This document shows positions 45,001 to 55,439 of a DNA stretch of 64,000 bases, piece by piece. A program made the translations under genes and the position numbers. The first letter of the stretch is position 1; every line of letters starts with the position of its first letter. Source of the DNA: Candidatus Woesebacteria bacterium GW2011_GWC1_42_9 (GTDB lineage Bacteria; Patescibacteriota; Microgenomatia; UBA8517); the NCBI GenBank assembly GCA_000995185.1, contig LCET01000003.1, forward strand, positions 6,989-70,988, in the 5' to 3' direction. The notes below the pieces were generated by a model that saw nothing but the letters and a program-made list of their open reading frames with translations, made no database searches and was not told the origin of the DNA.

Positions 45001-48000
45001 AAACCCACGCGAGATCGACTGGTCCTTATTCGCTTGTTACCCAGCAACCTCTTGGTGGGAAGGCCCAGATGGGGGGTCAGCGCCTTGGAGAGATGGAGGT
45101 CTGGGCACTAGAAGCGCATCGGGCGGCCTATACTTTGCAGGAAATGCTGACCTTGAAATCCGACGACATTGTCGGACGAGCACAAGCATTTGGGGCGATA
45201 GTGAAAGGTGAGCCTATCCCCGAGGCCAAAGTCCCGGAGAGTTTTAAGGTTCTTATTCGTGAGCTTAATTCGCTAGGGTTAGCAATAAATGTCGAGGGGA
45301 TTTTAAAAGAAGAGACTGAAGAAAAGATTGAAAATTCCACGGATCCACTGGTTAGCATGAGAGGCCTAAAGGAAATTAATGGTCTACAAATAAAATTAGC
45401 ATCTCCTGAGGAAATACGCGCCTGGTCAAGGGGTGAGATCCTCAAGCCCGAGACAATAAATTATAGAACCCTTAAGCCGGAAAAAGACGGCCTTTTTGAC
45501 GAAAGGATTTTTGGTCCGATCAAAGACTGGGAATGCTATTGCGGTAAGTATCGAAGGATCCGTTATAAGGGAGTGGTTTGCGATAAATGCGGAGTGGAAG
45601 TGGCCGAGTCGAGGGTCCGACGAGAGAGAATGGGGCACATTAGCTTGGCAGCCCCGGTTGCTCATGTTTGGTACTTTAAGGGAGCACCTTCAAAAATTTC
45701 TGTCCTTTTAGACCTTCCTCCAAGAGCGGTGGAGCAGGTAGTGTATTTTGCTCGCTATATGGTGATGAGCGTTGACGACAAGGGCCGAAAAGAAGCCTTA
45801 AAGTCGCTTAAGAGTGTTTGTGAAGAAAAACTTTTGGAGGTAAAAGAGATTTATCAGGAAAAGAAGAAAATTGTTAAAGAAGATGCGGTTGTTAGAAAAG
45901 AAAAAACTCGCGGTCGAATAAAAGATAAAGAGCAACAGGCGCTTGCCATAAGTGAAATTGATTTAGACGAAAGGAAAAAAATACAGACCTTGGCAGAGGA
46001 AGAAAGATCTACCCAGGAAAAGACTAAGGAGTTATTTAATCGGCTTGAAGATTTGGTAAAAGGGGTATTCCAGTTTGGGTTTCTTACTGAAGATGAGTAC
46101 GACAAGCTTGATTTCTATGGAGTGTCTGGGTTTGTTGATGTAAAGATGGGAGCTGAGGCGATAATGGAAGCGTTGAATAATATTGATCTCAATAAGCTTG
46201 CCAAAAATATCCGTGAAGAGATTAAGATTTTAAAGAAGGGCAAGAATAGCCAGAGATATGTAAAGCTAACCAAGAGGTTGAAAATTGTGGATGGGATGAG
46301 GCTTGCCAAAGTTGATCCTGTTTGGATGATAATTAAGGTACTCCCGGTTCTTCCCCCTGATTTAAGGCCGATGGTTCAGTTATCTGGAGGAAGATTTGCA
46401 ACAAGCGACTTAAATGATCTTTATCGCAGGGTTATCAATCGAAATAATCGCTTAAAGCATTTGATCAATTTGGGTGCTCCGGAGATTATTTTGAGGAATG
46501 AGAAGAGGATGCTTCAAGAGTCGGTGGATTCTTTGATTGATGCTTCTCAAAGAAAGGCAACCAGGAGAGGCAGAGGGAGGCAACCATTAAGATCTCTTTC
46601 AGATATGCTTAAAGGAAAACAGGGAAGATTCCGACAAAATTTGCTTGGGAAGCGGGTGGATTATTCTGGAAGGTCAGTAATAGTAGTGGGACCTGAATTA
46701 AAGCTAACTCAGTGCGGGCTTCCAAAAGAAATGGCATTGGAGATGTTTAAGCCTTTTGTTCTTCGAGAAATGATCGTGAGAGGAATAGCTCCGAATGTGA
46801 AGTCGGCAAAGAATATGCTTGAAAAACGTCCGGCTGGGGTCTTTGATATTTTGGAAGAGATTACTAAAAATCACCCCGTTTTGCTAAATCGCGCGCCAAC
46901 ATTACATAAGCTGGGCATTCAAGCCTTCTTCCCTGTATTGATTGAAGGAAATGCAATAAGGATTCACCCCGCGGTGTGTAAGGGCTTTAATGCTGACTTT
47001 GATGGAGATCAGATGGCGGTCCACGTTCCCCTGTCAGAGAAAGCCAAAAAGGAGGCAGTGGAATTGATGATGTCTGACAAAAATCTTTTGAGGCCTGCAG
47101 ATGGATCTCCAATGTCGGCTCCTGCTTCCAAAGAAATTGCCCTTGGTGTTTATTATCTGACAAGTGTGGACACAAGAATAAAGCCAAACAGTGCCGTTTT
47201 TTCTAATCCAGAAGAAGCAATCTTTGTGTATCAAATAGGGAAGATTGAATTAAGACAAATGATAACTGTGCGGGTCGGCACAGGCCTCTTGGAGACCACG
47301 GTAGGAAGATTGATCTTCAACGAGGTATTGCCGGATGCTTTGGGTTATGTTAACGAGAATATAAGTTCTGGGGTGATTACAAATCTGGTTACGAGAGCCT
47401 TCAATGAGATCGAACACGAGAGGGTAATTAAGATGATTGATAAGATTAAGGATCTGGGGTTTGTTGGGGGGACTTTGTCGGGCTTGTCATTTGGAATATC
47501 TGATGCGGCGATATTGCCTGAAAAGTCAAAAATTATAGCAAAGGCAAACAAAAGGGCCACAGAAATAGAGGAGAATTTTTCTCAAGGGTTAATTACCGCC
47601 AATGAAAAGAAAAGACTAGTAGAATCAGTGTGGATTGAGACCACTGAAGAGATCGCCGATAAAACTTGGGAGATAGTTGACCCTAATAGTTCAGTGAGAC
47701 TTGTAATTGACGCCAAAGTTGGACGTACTTCTAGAGAGCAAATAAAGCAATTGGCTGGGATGAGAGGTCTTGTAGTCGATCCTCTCGGAGAAATTGTGGA
47801 GTTACCTATAAAGTCAAATTTCAGAGAGGGGCTTTCCGTGTTTGAATATGTTAATTCTTCGAGAGGGTCAAGAAAGGGATTATCTGACACTGCTCTTAAA
47901 ACGGCAGATGCTGGGTATTTGACACGAAGGCTCGTAGATGTTGCTCACGATTTGATAATTAGGAATGAAGATTGTGACACCAAAGAGGCTTTACCAATAT

Positions 48001-48140
48001 TTAGAAGTACCAGACCGAAGGCGTTTGAAAGCCGCATTATGGGTAGGTTCGCAGGAGAAGATGTTAAAGATGATATTCGGGTGATTGTAGCTAAAAATGA
48101 GCTTATTTGGATCTCTCTGATAAGGAGCCAGTCGAAATAG
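42054..48140 (+). CDS. rpoB-rpoC: In-frame fusion of RNA polymerase beta (RpoB) and the N-terminal 900 or so aa of beta' (RpoC)
   Basis: RpoB ('[14 protein letters not shown]...' to '...LAINVEGIL') runs through a 30-aa linker directly into RpoC ('[41 protein letters not shown]...[21 protein letters not shown]...[14 protein letters not shown]'). The likely start is the ATG at about 42069. Confidence 0.85.
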   Translation: MCTSEMAQTKRRNFGKIEKKLPELDLSLVQRESWQWFLTEGIAEEISQITPIDDFTGKNWQLILGEHVLEKPKITPGRAIEKGLTFAAPFKIKTTLINKRTGKSIEQEVFFGNLPQMTSVGTFIINGIERVVINQLVRSPGIYFSGETDRSSGRMLHQAEIRPLHGSWLEFEVSKNDVISARIDKRRKMPATILLRAMGLEFDKDIKDAFSKVDSDPDHSYILKTIEKDQTKNRDEALLEIYRKMRPGEPAVLENAQNLFDTLFLNFRRYNLGKVGRYKINKRLGISVPNDKQNWVLTKEDVVATVAYLIGLQNEEGRTDDIDHLSNRRLRRVGELVATHAFRAGLLRLERSVKEKMSLISPDDIPQPQSLINARPLIVAINEFFRSNQLSTILDNTNPLSEIDNLRRVSVLGPGGINRERASFSIRDINSSQYGRIDPVRSPEGPNIGLVTYLALYAQVNEYGFLEAPYRVVRKEKVGGIERARVTDEMVYLAADDEEEQYITHSGINIGKTGLIEDERVPYRYKGAFLEGSSNLITLIDLTPRQVFGASAALIPFLSHDEGNRALMGSNMQCQAVPLVHPASPIVGTGMEGVIAEAMGGVIRSGHRGKVTYVDAQRIEVSLDKKVEAIDDPNMELSDNHKTIIYHLSKFKKTAASTSYNQKARVQVGQKVNKGDLLADGPSSDQGELALGQNLVIAYTNYEGYGFEDAILISDRLVKDDLLKSIHIKEYQADLVETKLGPEELTRDIPNVAETELANLAEDGIVVIGAEVSPNDILVGKIAPKGETELTSEERLLRAIFGEKAREVRDTSLRVPHGEGGIVVDVQILDKEKGDELGPGVIKSIIVKVAQTRKVSVGDKLAGRHGNKGVIAKIMSTSDMPYLEDGTPVDIIISPLSVLARMNLGQLLESYLGWALYNKGEKGQIPVFDQISEEVIIKELQSVGMSETGKTRLYDGRTSEPLKEDTVVGIGYIMKLRHMIEDKTHARSTGPYSLVTQQPLGGKAQMGGQRLGEMEVWALEAHRAAYTLQEMLTLKSDDIVGRAQAFGAIVKGEPIPEAKVPESFKVLIRELNSLGLAINVEGILKEETEEKIENSTDPLVSMRGLKEINGLQIKLASPEEIRAWSRGEILKPETINYRTLKPEKDGLFDERIFGPIKDWECYCGKYRRIRYKGVVCDKCGVEVAESRVRRERMGHISLAAPVAHVWYFKGAPSKISVLLDLPPRAVEQVVYFARYMVMSVDDKGRKEALKSLKSVCEEKLLEVKEIYQEKKKIVKEDAVVRKEKTRGRIKDKEQQALAISEIDLDERKKIQTLAEEERSTQEKTKELFNRLEDLVKGVFQFGFLTEDEYDKLDFYGVSGFVDVKMGAEAIMEALNNIDLNKLAKNIREEIKILKKGKNSQRYVKLTKRLKIVDGMRLAKVDPVWMIIKVLPVLPPDLRPMVQLSGGRFATSDLNDLYRRVINRNNRLKHLINLGAPEIILRNEKRMLQESVDSLIDASQRKATRRGRGRQPLRSLSDMLKGKQGRFRQNLLGKRVDYSGRSVIVVGPELKLTQCGLPKEMALEMFKPFVLREMIVRGIAPNVKSAKNMLEKRPAGVFDILEEITKNHPVLLNRAPTLHKLGIQAFFPVLIEGNAIRIHPAVCKGFNADFDGDQMAVHVPLSEKAKKEAVELMMSDKNLLRPADGSPMSAPASKEIALGVYYLTSVDTRIKPNSAVFSNPEEAIFVYQIGKIELRQMITVRVGTGLLETTVGRLIFNEVLPDALGYVNENISSGVITNLVTRAFNEIEHERVIKMIDKIKDLGFVGGTLSGLSFGISDAAILPEKSKIIAKANKRATEIEENFSQGLITANEKKRLVESVWIETTEEIADKTWEIVDPNSSVRLVIDAKVGRTSREQIKQLAGMRGLVVDPLGEIVELPIKSNFREGLSVFEYVNSSRGSRKGLSDTALKTADAGYLTRRLVDVAHDLIIRNEDCDTKEALPIFRSTRPKAFESRIMGRFAGEDVKDDIRVIVAKNELIWISLIRSQSK

Positions 48141-48925
48141 GTACTCCCGTGGGGGTAGTTGCCGCGCAATCTATCGGCGAGCCAGGGACTCAGCTGACCA
48201 TGCGTACGAAGCACACGGGAGGGGTTATAGGGATAGATGTTACCCAAGGATTGCCTCGTGTTGAAGAATTATTGGAGGCAAGATTGCCAAAATCTTTGTC
48301 TCCAATTTCAGAGCTTCCAGGGAAAGTAAAGATCAGCGAGCAAGAAGGAGGATGGAATGTGACTGTCACTAATTCTTCTGCTAAGCCTAAAGAGACGCGG
48401 GAATATATAATCCCAAAGACTAGTAAACTTGTGGTTGAAGCAGGTCAGTTGATTGAAGCGGGAACCCAGCTTTCTTCAGGATTTTTGGATCTTCAAGAAA
48501 TTCTCCTGATAAGAGGGCTTAGGGCGGCGCAGGAATATTTGGTTGAAGGTTTGCAGTCGGTATATGAATCACAAGGGATACCAATAAACGATCGCCATTT
48601 TGAAGTTATAGTGAGGAAGATGAGCGATGAAGTAAAAGTTGTGACATCTGGCGACACCTCTCTCTTGCCCGGGGAACAACTTAGCCGAGCGAGATTTGAG
48701 GAAGAAAACGAATCAGTATTAGCACAAGGAGGAGAACCTGCTAGTGCAAGACAAGTTATCCTAGGGATTACCAAAAGGGCTTTGTTTACGGAATCCTGGC
48801 TCTCGGCAGCAAGCTTCCAGCAAACAACGGATGTTCTGGCTAAATCCGCACTCATTGGTAGAAAAGATAAGCTTATCGGCTTGAAAGAAAATGTGATTAT
48901 CGGGAGGCTTATTCCTGTAGAATAG
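48107..48925 (+). CDS. rpoC: RNA polymerase beta' C-terminal segment (trigger loop to C-terminus) in the -1 frame relative to the upstream rpoBC ORF
   Basis: '[24 protein letters not shown]...[21 protein letters not shown]...[14 protein letters not shown]'. It overlaps the upstream ORF by 34 nt. Adding one T to the TTT run at 48106-48108 would merge the two frames. Confidence 0.8.
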   Translation: MDLSDKEPVEIGTPVGVVAAQSIGEPGTQLTMRTKHTGGVIGIDVTQGLPRVEELLEARLPKSLSPISELPGKVKISEQEGGWNVTVTNSSAKPKETREYIIPKTSKLVVEAGQLIEAGTQLSSGFLDLQEILLIRGLRAAQEYLVEGLQSVYESQGIPINDRHFEVIVRKMSDEVKVVTSGDTSLLPGEQLSRARFEEENESVLAQGGEPASARQVILGITKRALFTESWLSAASFQQTTDVLAKSALIGRKDKLIGLKENVIIGRLIPVE

Positions 48926-48932
48926 ACATATT

Positions 48933-49388
48933 ATGCCAACAGCATCTCAATTAGTCAGAAAACCAAGAAAAAGGATTAGGAAAAAGACGAAGACAGCGGC
49001 TTTGAAGCGCTGGTTTAATGCTAAAGATAGGAAGTTTAAATCCCTTAATGCACCATTTAAGCGCGGGGTAGTTCTTTCAGTGAGAACTATGACGCCAAGA
49101 AAGCCAAATTCAGCTTTAAGAAAAGTGGCGAGAGTTAGGCTCTCGAATAAACAAGAGGTGACAGCATATATCCCGGGAGAGGGGCATGAGTTGGCTGAGC
49201 ATTCGATTGTCATGGTGAGGTCAGGGAGAGTAAAAGATTTAGCTGGGGTGCGTTACCAGGTTGTCCGAGGCAAATATGACACAAAAGGAGTCGTCGGCCG
49301 GAAAACTTCCCGTTCAAGATATGGAGCGAAAAAATCAGGAATGCAAGAAGTTGTTTCGGGAGGATCTTCCGAGGAAAAAGCAGAATAA
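48933..49388 (+). CDS. rpsL: 30S ribosomal protein S12 (with a 25-aa or so C-terminal extension)
   Basis: '[12 protein letters not shown]...[14 protein letters not shown]...' matches S12. Confidence 0.95.
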   Translation: MPTASQLVRKPRKRIRKKTKTAALKRWFNAKDRKFKSLNAPFKRGVVLSVRTMTPRKPNSALRKVARVRLSNKQEVTAYIPGEGHELAEHSIVMVRSGRVKDLAGVRYQVVRGKYDTKGVVGRKTSRSRYGAKKSGMQEVVSGGSSEEKAE

Positions 49389-49397
49389 ATTAATTAT

Positions 49398-49877
49398 ATG
49401 CCAAGAAGAGGACCAGCTAAAAAAAGAAAAGTCACCCCAGATGTGATTTATGGGAGTGAATTGGTGTCAAGACTTATCAATCGCATGATGAAGGATGGCA
49501 AAAAGAGTATCGCGGAAAAGCAGGTTTATGGAGCCCTCGGGATTATTGAAAAAAAGACTAAGTCTAAACCGGTTGAAGTTTTTGATAGTGCCATTGAAAA
49601 AATTAAACCTCTGATGGAGGTGCGTCCGAGAAGAGTTGGAGGGGCAGCCTACCAGGTCCCTATACCAGTACGAGGGGACAGAAAAGTTTCTTTGGCAATT
49701 AGGTGGCTAATTTTTGCCGCGCGGGCAAGATCAAGTAGCGACTATCATACATTTTCTGAAAAATTGGCGGCAGAAATTATCGACGCTTCAAATGAGGAAG
49801 GCGGGGCTGTTAAGAAAAAACAAGAAATGGAACGCATGGCTGAAGCCAACCGAGCCTTCGCTCATTTTCGATGGTAA
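49398..49877 (+). CDS. rpsG: 30S ribosomal protein S7
   Basis: 'MPRRGPAKKRKV...' matches S7. Confidence 0.95.
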   Translation: MPRRGPAKKRKVTPDVIYGSELVSRLINRMMKDGKKSIAEKQVYGALGIIEKKTKSKPVEVFDSAIEKIKPLMEVRPRRVGGAAYQVPIPVRGDRKVSLAIRWLIFAARARSSSDYHTFSEKLAAEIIDASNEEGGAVKKKQEMERMAEANRAFAHFRW

Positions 49878-49942
49878 TCGAAAGAAATCCCGTGATACGA
49901 AGTATTTTACGGGACTTCAGGTGGTAAATTATTTGTTTATAT

Positions 49943-52108
49943 ATGGCGGCACAAGCGATTAAAAGAAAGAGTGCAATGGTCTCGGCGGTTACTGAAAACC
50001 GCACTGTTCCCTATGAAAAAATCCGAAATATTGGGATTATTGCTCATATTGATGCGGGAAAGACTACAACCACCGAGAGGATTTTATTTGAAACGGGGAA
50101 AACCTATAAACATGGATCAGTGGATGAAGGGACAACTGCAACAGACTGGATGGAACAGGAGCGGGAGCGTGGAATAACTATCGTCTCCGCGGCAATTACC
50201 ACATTTTGGGACCTTAAAAGAGATTCATTTGTAGGGGATGGACACTATCGTATTAATATAATAGACACTCCGGGTCACATTGATTTTACAGCTGAAGTTG
50301 AGCGGTCGCTTCGAGTTTTGGACGGAGCAGTGATGGTTTTTGACGGAAGGACTGGGGTAGAAAGTCAATCAGAAACGGTTTGGCGACAGGCTAATACTTA
50401 TAATGTCCCAAGAATCTGCATCCTCAATAAATTAAATTTGGTAGGTGCAGATTTTGAAGGGAGTCTTAAGTCTATAAATGAACGATTGGGCGCAAATTCA
50501 TCCCCGATACAAATTCCTATTGGAATTGAGCATGGCCTACGCGGTGTGGTTGATCTTATTAAGATGAAGGCGTTCACTTATGAAAAAATAGAAGATAATA
50601 AGTTAAAAGAAGAAGAAATCCCGAGCGACCTGGCCGACATGGCCAAAAAATACCGCACTCAATTAATTGAAAAAGTGGCCGAGTTTGATGACGAAGTGCT
50701 TGGGAAATATTTAGATGGCAAAGAGTTATCTGAGCAGGAAATTAAAAGGGCGATCCGTTTAGGGGTGATTCAAGGTAAGTTTTTCCCGATACTTGGAGGA
50801 GACAACCGTATGGCTACAGTGCGGCTTCTTTTGGATGCGGTGGTTGAGTATCTTCCCTCTCCAATTGATTTACCGCCTGTTTCTGGACAGAGCCCAAAGA
50901 CTGGGAAAAAGGAAATCCGCGAGAGAAAAAAAGAAGATAAATTTTCCGGGCTTGCCTTCAAAGTGGTGACTGATCCTCATGTCGGACGCCTAGTTTATGT
51001 GCGGATATATTCAGGAAAAATTAAGGCCGGTGATACCGTTTACAACGTTACGAAACAAAGGTCAGAGCGGATTGGAAAGCTAGTACTAATGCACGCTGAT
51101 CAAAGGGAACTAATAGATGAAGCTTATGCCGGAGAAATTGTCGCCGTTGTTGGAATTAAGGAGACCACAACAGGTGATACTTTAAGTGACCCCGCGAATC
51201 TTATTCTTCTCGAGTCAATCAGTTTTCCTGAGCCAGTTATCTCTTTGGCGATAGAGCCGGCGACCAAAGCGGACCAGGAGAAAATGGGCATGGCTCTCAA
51301 TAAACTCTCAGACGAAGATCCTACCTTTAAGATTCGAAGTAATCCAGAAACTGGCCAGACAATAATCTCTGGAATGGGAGAACTTCAGCTTGAGGTGTTA
51401 GTTGATAGAATGCGCCGTGAATTTGGAGTGGAAGCGGCAACCGGCGCCCCCCAAGTAGCTTACAAAGAGACTATTAAAAAAATCGCCGAAGGCGAGGGAA
51501 AATATATTCGGCAAACTGGGGGCAGGGGGCAATATGGGCATTGTTTCTTGCGGATTGAGCCGAAGGGTCGCGGAGAGGGTTTTGAATTTATTAATAAAAT
51601 CAGAGGTGGCTCAATCCCTTCTGAGTATGTTCCAGCCATTGAGAAGGGGGTAAAAGAAAAATTGGAAAGTGGGATTTTGGCAGGCTATCCGATGACTGAT
51701 ATTAATGTCGCAGTCTATGATGGCACTTACCACGATGTTGATTCAAGTGAAATTGCATTTAAAATTGCTGGGTCCCTGGCTCTTCAAGATGCTGCTAAGA
51801 GAGCTGAAATGATTCTTCTTGAGCCAATAATGAAAATTGAAGTAACCACTCCGGATGAATTTATGGGTGATATTATTGGCGATCTTTCTTCAAAAAGAGC
51901 ACAGATTCAAGGGACCGAAAACAAGGCCAATTTTACAATTATTACTGGAGTCGCACCGTTGGCCGAGCTTTCGGGATATGCTACAAGCCTAAGGTCTATT
52001 TCTCAAGGGAGAGCGAGTTTTTATATGGAGCCATCGCATTATGAAGAAATTCCGGCAAATATTGCCGAAAAGCTGATTGCTAAAAGGAGCGAGGTGCCGG
52101 CGAGGTAA
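49943..52108 (+). CDS. fusA: Elongation factor G
   Basis: 'IRNIGIIAHIDAGKTTTTERILF', 'DTPGHIDF', and domains II-V. Confidence 0.95.
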   Translation: MAAQAIKRKSAMVSAVTENRTVPYEKIRNIGIIAHIDAGKTTTTERILFETGKTYKHGSVDEGTTATDWMEQERERGITIVSAAITTFWDLKRDSFVGDGHYRINIIDTPGHIDFTAEVERSLRVLDGAVMVFDGRTGVESQSETVWRQANTYNVPRICILNKLNLVGADFEGSLKSINERLGANSSPIQIPIGIEHGLRGVVDLIKMKAFTYEKIEDNKLKEEEIPSDLADMAKKYRTQLIEKVAEFDDEVLGKYLDGKELSEQEIKRAIRLGVIQGKFFPILGGDNRMATVRLLLDAVVEYLPSPIDLPPVSGQSPKTGKKEIRERKKEDKFSGLAFKVVTDPHVGRLVYVRIYSGKIKAGDTVYNVTKQRSERIGKLVLMHADQRELIDEAYAGEIVAVVGIKETTTGDTLSDPANLILLESISFPEPVISLAIEPATKADQEKMGMALNKLSDEDPTFKIRSNPETGQTIISGMGELQLEVLVDRMRREFGVEAATGAPQVAYKETIKKIAEGEGKYIRQTGGRGQYGHCFLRIEPKGRGEGFEFINKIRGGSIPSEYVPAIEKGVKEKLESGILAGYPMTDINVAVYDGTYHDVDSSEIAFKIAGSLALQDAAKRAEMILLEPIMKIEVTTPDEFMGDIIGDLSSKRAQIQGTENKANFTIITGVAPLAELSGYATSLRSISQGRASFYMEPSHYEEIPANIAEKLIAKRSEVPAR

Positions 52109-52111
52109 CTA

Positions 52112-52140
52112 TTGACATAGTAAACTTTCCTTGTGATAAT
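52112..52140 (+). promoter_or_regulatory. Promoter for tuf (-35 TTGACA, 17 nt, extended -10 TGtGATAAT)
   Basis: Hexamers at 52112-52117 and 52135-52140. Confidence 0.55.
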
Positions 52141-52149
52141 ACTAGCGTT

Positions 52150-52175
52150 ACCCCGTTAGTACGGGGTTTGCTTTG
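52150..52175 (+). terminator. Hairpin (accccgt-tagt-acggggt) plus U-rich tract; fusA terminator or tuf leader attenuator
   Basis: 7-bp stem with a 4-nt loop, followed by ttgctttgg. Confidence 0.4.
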
Positions 52176-52221
52176 GCTAGTAAAAGCGAGTTAAAATTGA
52201 TTGAGTTTAAAAAAATAAATC

Positions 52222-53421
52222 ATGGCAGCAGAATCAAAAAAGAAATTTGAAAGGAAGAAGCCACACGTTAATATTGGTACCATTGGTCATGTTGACCACG
52301 GGAAGACTACATTAACTTCGGCTATTTCTACGGTGCTTGCGAAGCACGGTATTAGCGAAGAGGGAGCGATGAGCTTCGATCAAATCGATAATGCCCCAGA
52401 AGAGAAAGAAAGAGGAGTAACTATTAATATTTCCCATATCGAATATGAGACTAAAAAGCGTCATTATGCTCATATTGATGCCCCAGGCCACCAAGATTAC
52501 ATTAAAAACATGATTACCGGCGCCGCTCAGATGGACGGGGCAATTTTGGTTGTCAGTGCAGAAGATGGACAAATGCCCCAAACTAGGGAGCACGTCATTT
52601 TAGCCCGACAGGTGAACGTCCCCGCTATTGTTGTCTTTTTGAATAAATGCGATAAAGTAGATGATCCGGAAATCCTTGATTTGGTAGAGGAGGATTTGCG
52701 TGCGCTTCTTACTCAGTACGAGTACCCCGGTAAAGAGATCCCTATTGTCCGAGGCTCCGCGTTGAAAGCCCTTGAGGGTGATGCAGAGGCGGAGAAATCG
52801 ATCCTTGAGCTTATGGATAAAGTAGATGAGTATATCCCTGAGCCAAAAAGGGACGAAGATAAGCCGTTTTTGATGCCAGTTGAGGACGTTTTTTCAATCA
52901 AAGGTCGTGGAACAGTGGTAACCGGAAGGGTTAGCCGAGGAAAACTTAAAGTGAATGAAGAGATTGAGATCGTTGGAATTAAAGCCACTAAAAAGACGGT
53001 GGTTACGGGGCTCGAGATGTTTAGGAAGTCACTTGATGAGACTCTCGCAGGCGACAACGTGGGAGTTCTTCTAAGGGGAGTTGAAAAAGGGGATGTTGAG
53101 CGGGGGCAAGTTTTGGCCAAATCCGGTACTGTTACTCCCCACACGGAATTTGAGTCAGAAGTATATATTCTTTCAAAAGATGAACATGGTAGGCATACTC
53201 CATTTTTCTCGGGTTACAAACCACAGTTCTTTATTGGGACAGCTGATATTACAGGTGAAGTGACTTTGCCCAAAGGCATTGAGATGGTGATGCCTGGGGA
53301 TAATGCCAAAATGAATGTTAAATTGATTGTTCCGATTGCCCTGGAAGAAGGGATGCGTTTTGCTATTCGTGAGGGTGGTAAAACCGTCGGAGCAGGAGTA
53401 ATCAGCAAGATTACCAAGTAA
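52222..53421 (+). CDS. tuf: Elongation factor Tu
   Basis: '[20 protein letters not shown]', 'DAPGHQDY', 'NKCD'. Confidence 0.97.
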   Translation: MAAESKKKFERKKPHVNIGTIGHVDHGKTTLTSAISTVLAKHGISEEGAMSFDQIDNAPEEKERGVTINISHIEYETKKRHYAHIDAPGHQDYIKNMITGAAQMDGAILVVSAEDGQMPQTREHVILARQVNVPAIVVFLNKCDKVDDPEILDLVEEDLRALLTQYEYPGKEIPIVRGSALKALEGDAEAEKSILELMDKVDEYIPEPKRDEDKPFLMPVEDVFSIKGRGTVVTGRVSRGKLKVNEEIEIVGIKATKKTVVTGLEMFRKSLDETLAGDNVGVLLRGVEKGDVERGQVLAKSGTVTPHTEFESEVYILSKDEHGRHTPFFSGYKPQFFIGTADITGEVTLPKGIEMVMPGDNAKMNVKLIVPIALEEGMRFAIREGGKTVGAGVISKITK

Positions 53422-53442
53422 GCACTTTATTATTTTATTAAA

Positions 53443-53751
53443 ATGCCAGCAGGTAGACTAAGAGTCAAGCTGAAAAGCTATGACCATAGAGTTATAGATG
53501 AAGCTGCCGCAAAGATCCTCGACACAGCCATGGCTACAGGGGCGAAAATTGTTGGTCCAATTCCACTTCCTACTAAACGTACCATTATTCCGGTTCAAAA
53601 ATCCCCTTTTGTCAATAAAGATGCGAGGGAACATTTCGAGATTTTGGTGCACAAGCGCTTGATTGATATTATTGACCCAAGCGATAGGACTGTTGACAGC
53701 CTCAGTAATCTCGACCTTCCCGCCGGTGTCTCCATTGAGGTAAAGATGTAG
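53443..53751 (+). CDS. rpsJ: 30S ribosomal protein S10
   Basis: 'RLRVKLKSYDHRVIDEAAAKI...' matches S10. Confidence 0.95.
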   Translation: MPAGRLRVKLKSYDHRVIDEAAAKILDTAMATGAKIVGPIPLPTKRTIIPVQKSPFVNKDAREHFEILVHKRLIDIIDPSDRTVDSLSNLDLPAGVSIEVKM

Positions 53752-53854
53752 CCGAGATCCCTTGCTCCGAGCTCGGCAATTTGCTATACTTTGCGCTAAC
53801 GTGGAGGTGATGATTACCTAGCTTCGAGCTTAAGACGAAGAAGATTTTGGGGTT

Positions 53855-53874
53855 GCGCCTTCGGGCGTTTTTTT
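53855..53874 (+). terminator. Canonical intrinsic terminator/attenuator hairpin (GCGCC-UUCG-GGCGU plus U7), 8 nt upstream of rplC
   Basis: gcgcc ttcg ggcgt followed by tttttt at 53868-53874. It lies between rpsJ and rplC. Confidence 0.6.
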
Positions 53875-53881
53875 GTGAAAG

Positions 53882-54532
53882 ATGTTAAATACCATTCTTG
53901 GCACTAAGATTAAGATGGACCAAGCCTTTGAGGAGGATAGGCGCATTTCTACTACTCTAATTAAGGCCGGGCCTTGCGTGGTGACACAAGTTAAGACCCT
54001 TAAAAATGATGGATATTGGGGAGTGCAGGTTGGCTTTGGAGAGAAACGAACCACAAAGCTTACAAAACCAGAAAAAGGTCATTTGAAGGGGCTTAAGATT
54101 ACTAAGAAGGCCCCTCGTTTTTTGCGGGAAATTCGTTTTAATTCGGAGCCAAAAAAAAATGACGGCGGGGAGGTTAAAGTGGGAGACGTTATCGATCTCT
54201 CCCAAATTTTTACCAAAGGTGATTTAGTTCGAGTCACCGGAGTGAGCAAAGGAAAGGGATTTGCTGGAGTGGTAAAACGCTGGAGATTTTCAGGTGGGCC
54301 GAAGACCCACGGCCAGGGCACCAAATATCGCGGACCAGGATCAATCGGCCAAGGTACCACACCAGGTAGGGTATATAAGGGCAAAAAAATGGCAGGGAGA
54401 ATGGGCGGGGAAAGAGTAACTGTAAAAAATTTGAAGGTGTTGGGGGTTGATCTTGAGAGAAATGAGTTAAAGGTTTCCGGTCCTGTTCCGGGAATTCCAA
54501 ATGGATTATTGGTTATTGAAAAAATAAAATGA
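53882..54532 (+). CDS. rplC: 50S ribosomal protein L3
   Basis: '...GVSKGKGFAGVVKRWRFSGGPKTHGQ...' matches L3. Confidence 0.95.
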   Translation: MLNTILGTKIKMDQAFEEDRRISTTLIKAGPCVVTQVKTLKNDGYWGVQVGFGEKRTTKLTKPEKGHLKGLKITKKAPRFLREIRFNSEPKKNDGGEVKVGDVIDLSQIFTKGDLVRVTGVSKGKGFAGVVKRWRFSGGPKTHGQGTKYRGPGSIGQGTTPGRVYKGKKMAGRMGGERVTVKNLKVLGVDLERNELKVSGPVPGIPNGLLVIEKIK

Positions 54533-55161
54533 AGATAAACATCTACTCCACCAGTTCAAATGCGAAGTCAGTATTTACACTTCCGAAATACTTCAGTGAG
54601 CCGATAAATCTAAAACTTTTGGCGCAGGTCCTGCATGTTTATCGTGCACATCAACATATAGGTTTTTCGAAGACCAAGACACGTGGAGAAGTTTCGTTAA
54701 CCACGGCAAAATGGTATCGACAAAAAGGTACAGGTAGGGCAAGACATGGAGCAAAAAGTGCACCGTTATTTGTCGGGGGAGGGATAGCGCATGGACCCAA
54801 GGGGCTAAAGCGAAAATTAACTATCCCTGCGAAGATGAGAATAAAGGCACGCAATGTGGCTTTATCTCTTAAGGCTAAAAATAAAAAAATTACTGGGGCA
54901 GTTAAGATTGGAGATGTTAAAAAGACCAAGGATGCGGCCAAGTTTATTGAAAAGATAATCAAAGGAGAAAAACTAGATCGAAAAAAAGTTAAATTTACGC
55001 TTGTCCTTTCTAGTAAGAATGTCAAAACTGGCAGAAATTTTAGAAACATCCCTAAAGTGAATGTTGTCAGGTTTGAAGATTTAAATGCCTTTTTGGTTTA
55101 TTTCGGCGGACAAATTATTTTTGATAAAGAAGTTTTCATTGTAAAGAAAATTAAAAAATGA
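54529..55161 (+). CDS. rplD: 50S ribosomal protein L4
   Basis: '...KGTGRARHGAKSAPLFVGGGIAHGPK...' matches L4. Confidence 0.93.
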   Translation: MKINIYSTSSNAKSVFTLPKYFSEPINLKLLAQVLHVYRAHQHIGFSKTKTRGEVSLTTAKWYRQKGTGRARHGAKSAPLFVGGGIAHGPKGLKRKLTIPAKMRIKARNVALSLKAKNKKITGAVKIGDVKKTKDAAKFIEKIIKGEKLDRKKVKFTLVLSSKNVKTGRNFRNIPKVNVVRFEDLNAFLVYFGGQIIFDKEVFIVKKIKK

Positions 55162-55439
55162 GAATAAAACCAATATTAACTGAAAAAAGTCTCAAGGATG
55201 CAGCCAATGGCCGTTATTCTTTTTGGGTTCCAACATCTTTAACTAAAAAACAAATTGGGGTGATTGTATCAAGTTTATTTGACGTGACGACCAAGAAGAT
55301 TGAGACGGTCAACTATATTTCTCGGGTAAAGCGTACTCATAGGAAAAAGAAAACAATTAGAGCACGAAAAAAGGCTATCGTTACTGTTGGAGAAAAGGAG
55401 TCAATAAGTTTGTTTGGCGAGGATAAAAAGAAAAAATGA
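55158..55439 (+). CDS. rplW: 50S ribosomal protein L23
   Basis: 'MRIKPILTEKSLKDAANGRYSFWV' matches L23. Confidence 0.9.
   Translation: MRIKPILTEKSLKDAANGRYSFWVPTSLTKKQIGVIVSSLFDVTTKKIETVNYISRVKRTHRKKKTIRARKKAIVTVGEKESISLFGEDKKKK

Noticed and set aside
49878-49942. Hairpin tcccgt…acggga between rpsG and fusA as a terminator
   Set aside because: 6-bp stem with a 16-nt loop and no U-tract. It is likely just an intercistronic structure within the str operon.
53818-53834. Mini-ORF GTG/ATG-ATT-ACC-TAG with GGAGG upstream as a leader peptide
   Set aside because: The Shine-Dalgarno to ATG spacing is only 2 nt and the peptide would be 3-4 aa. It is noted within the attenuator finding but not called as a gene.
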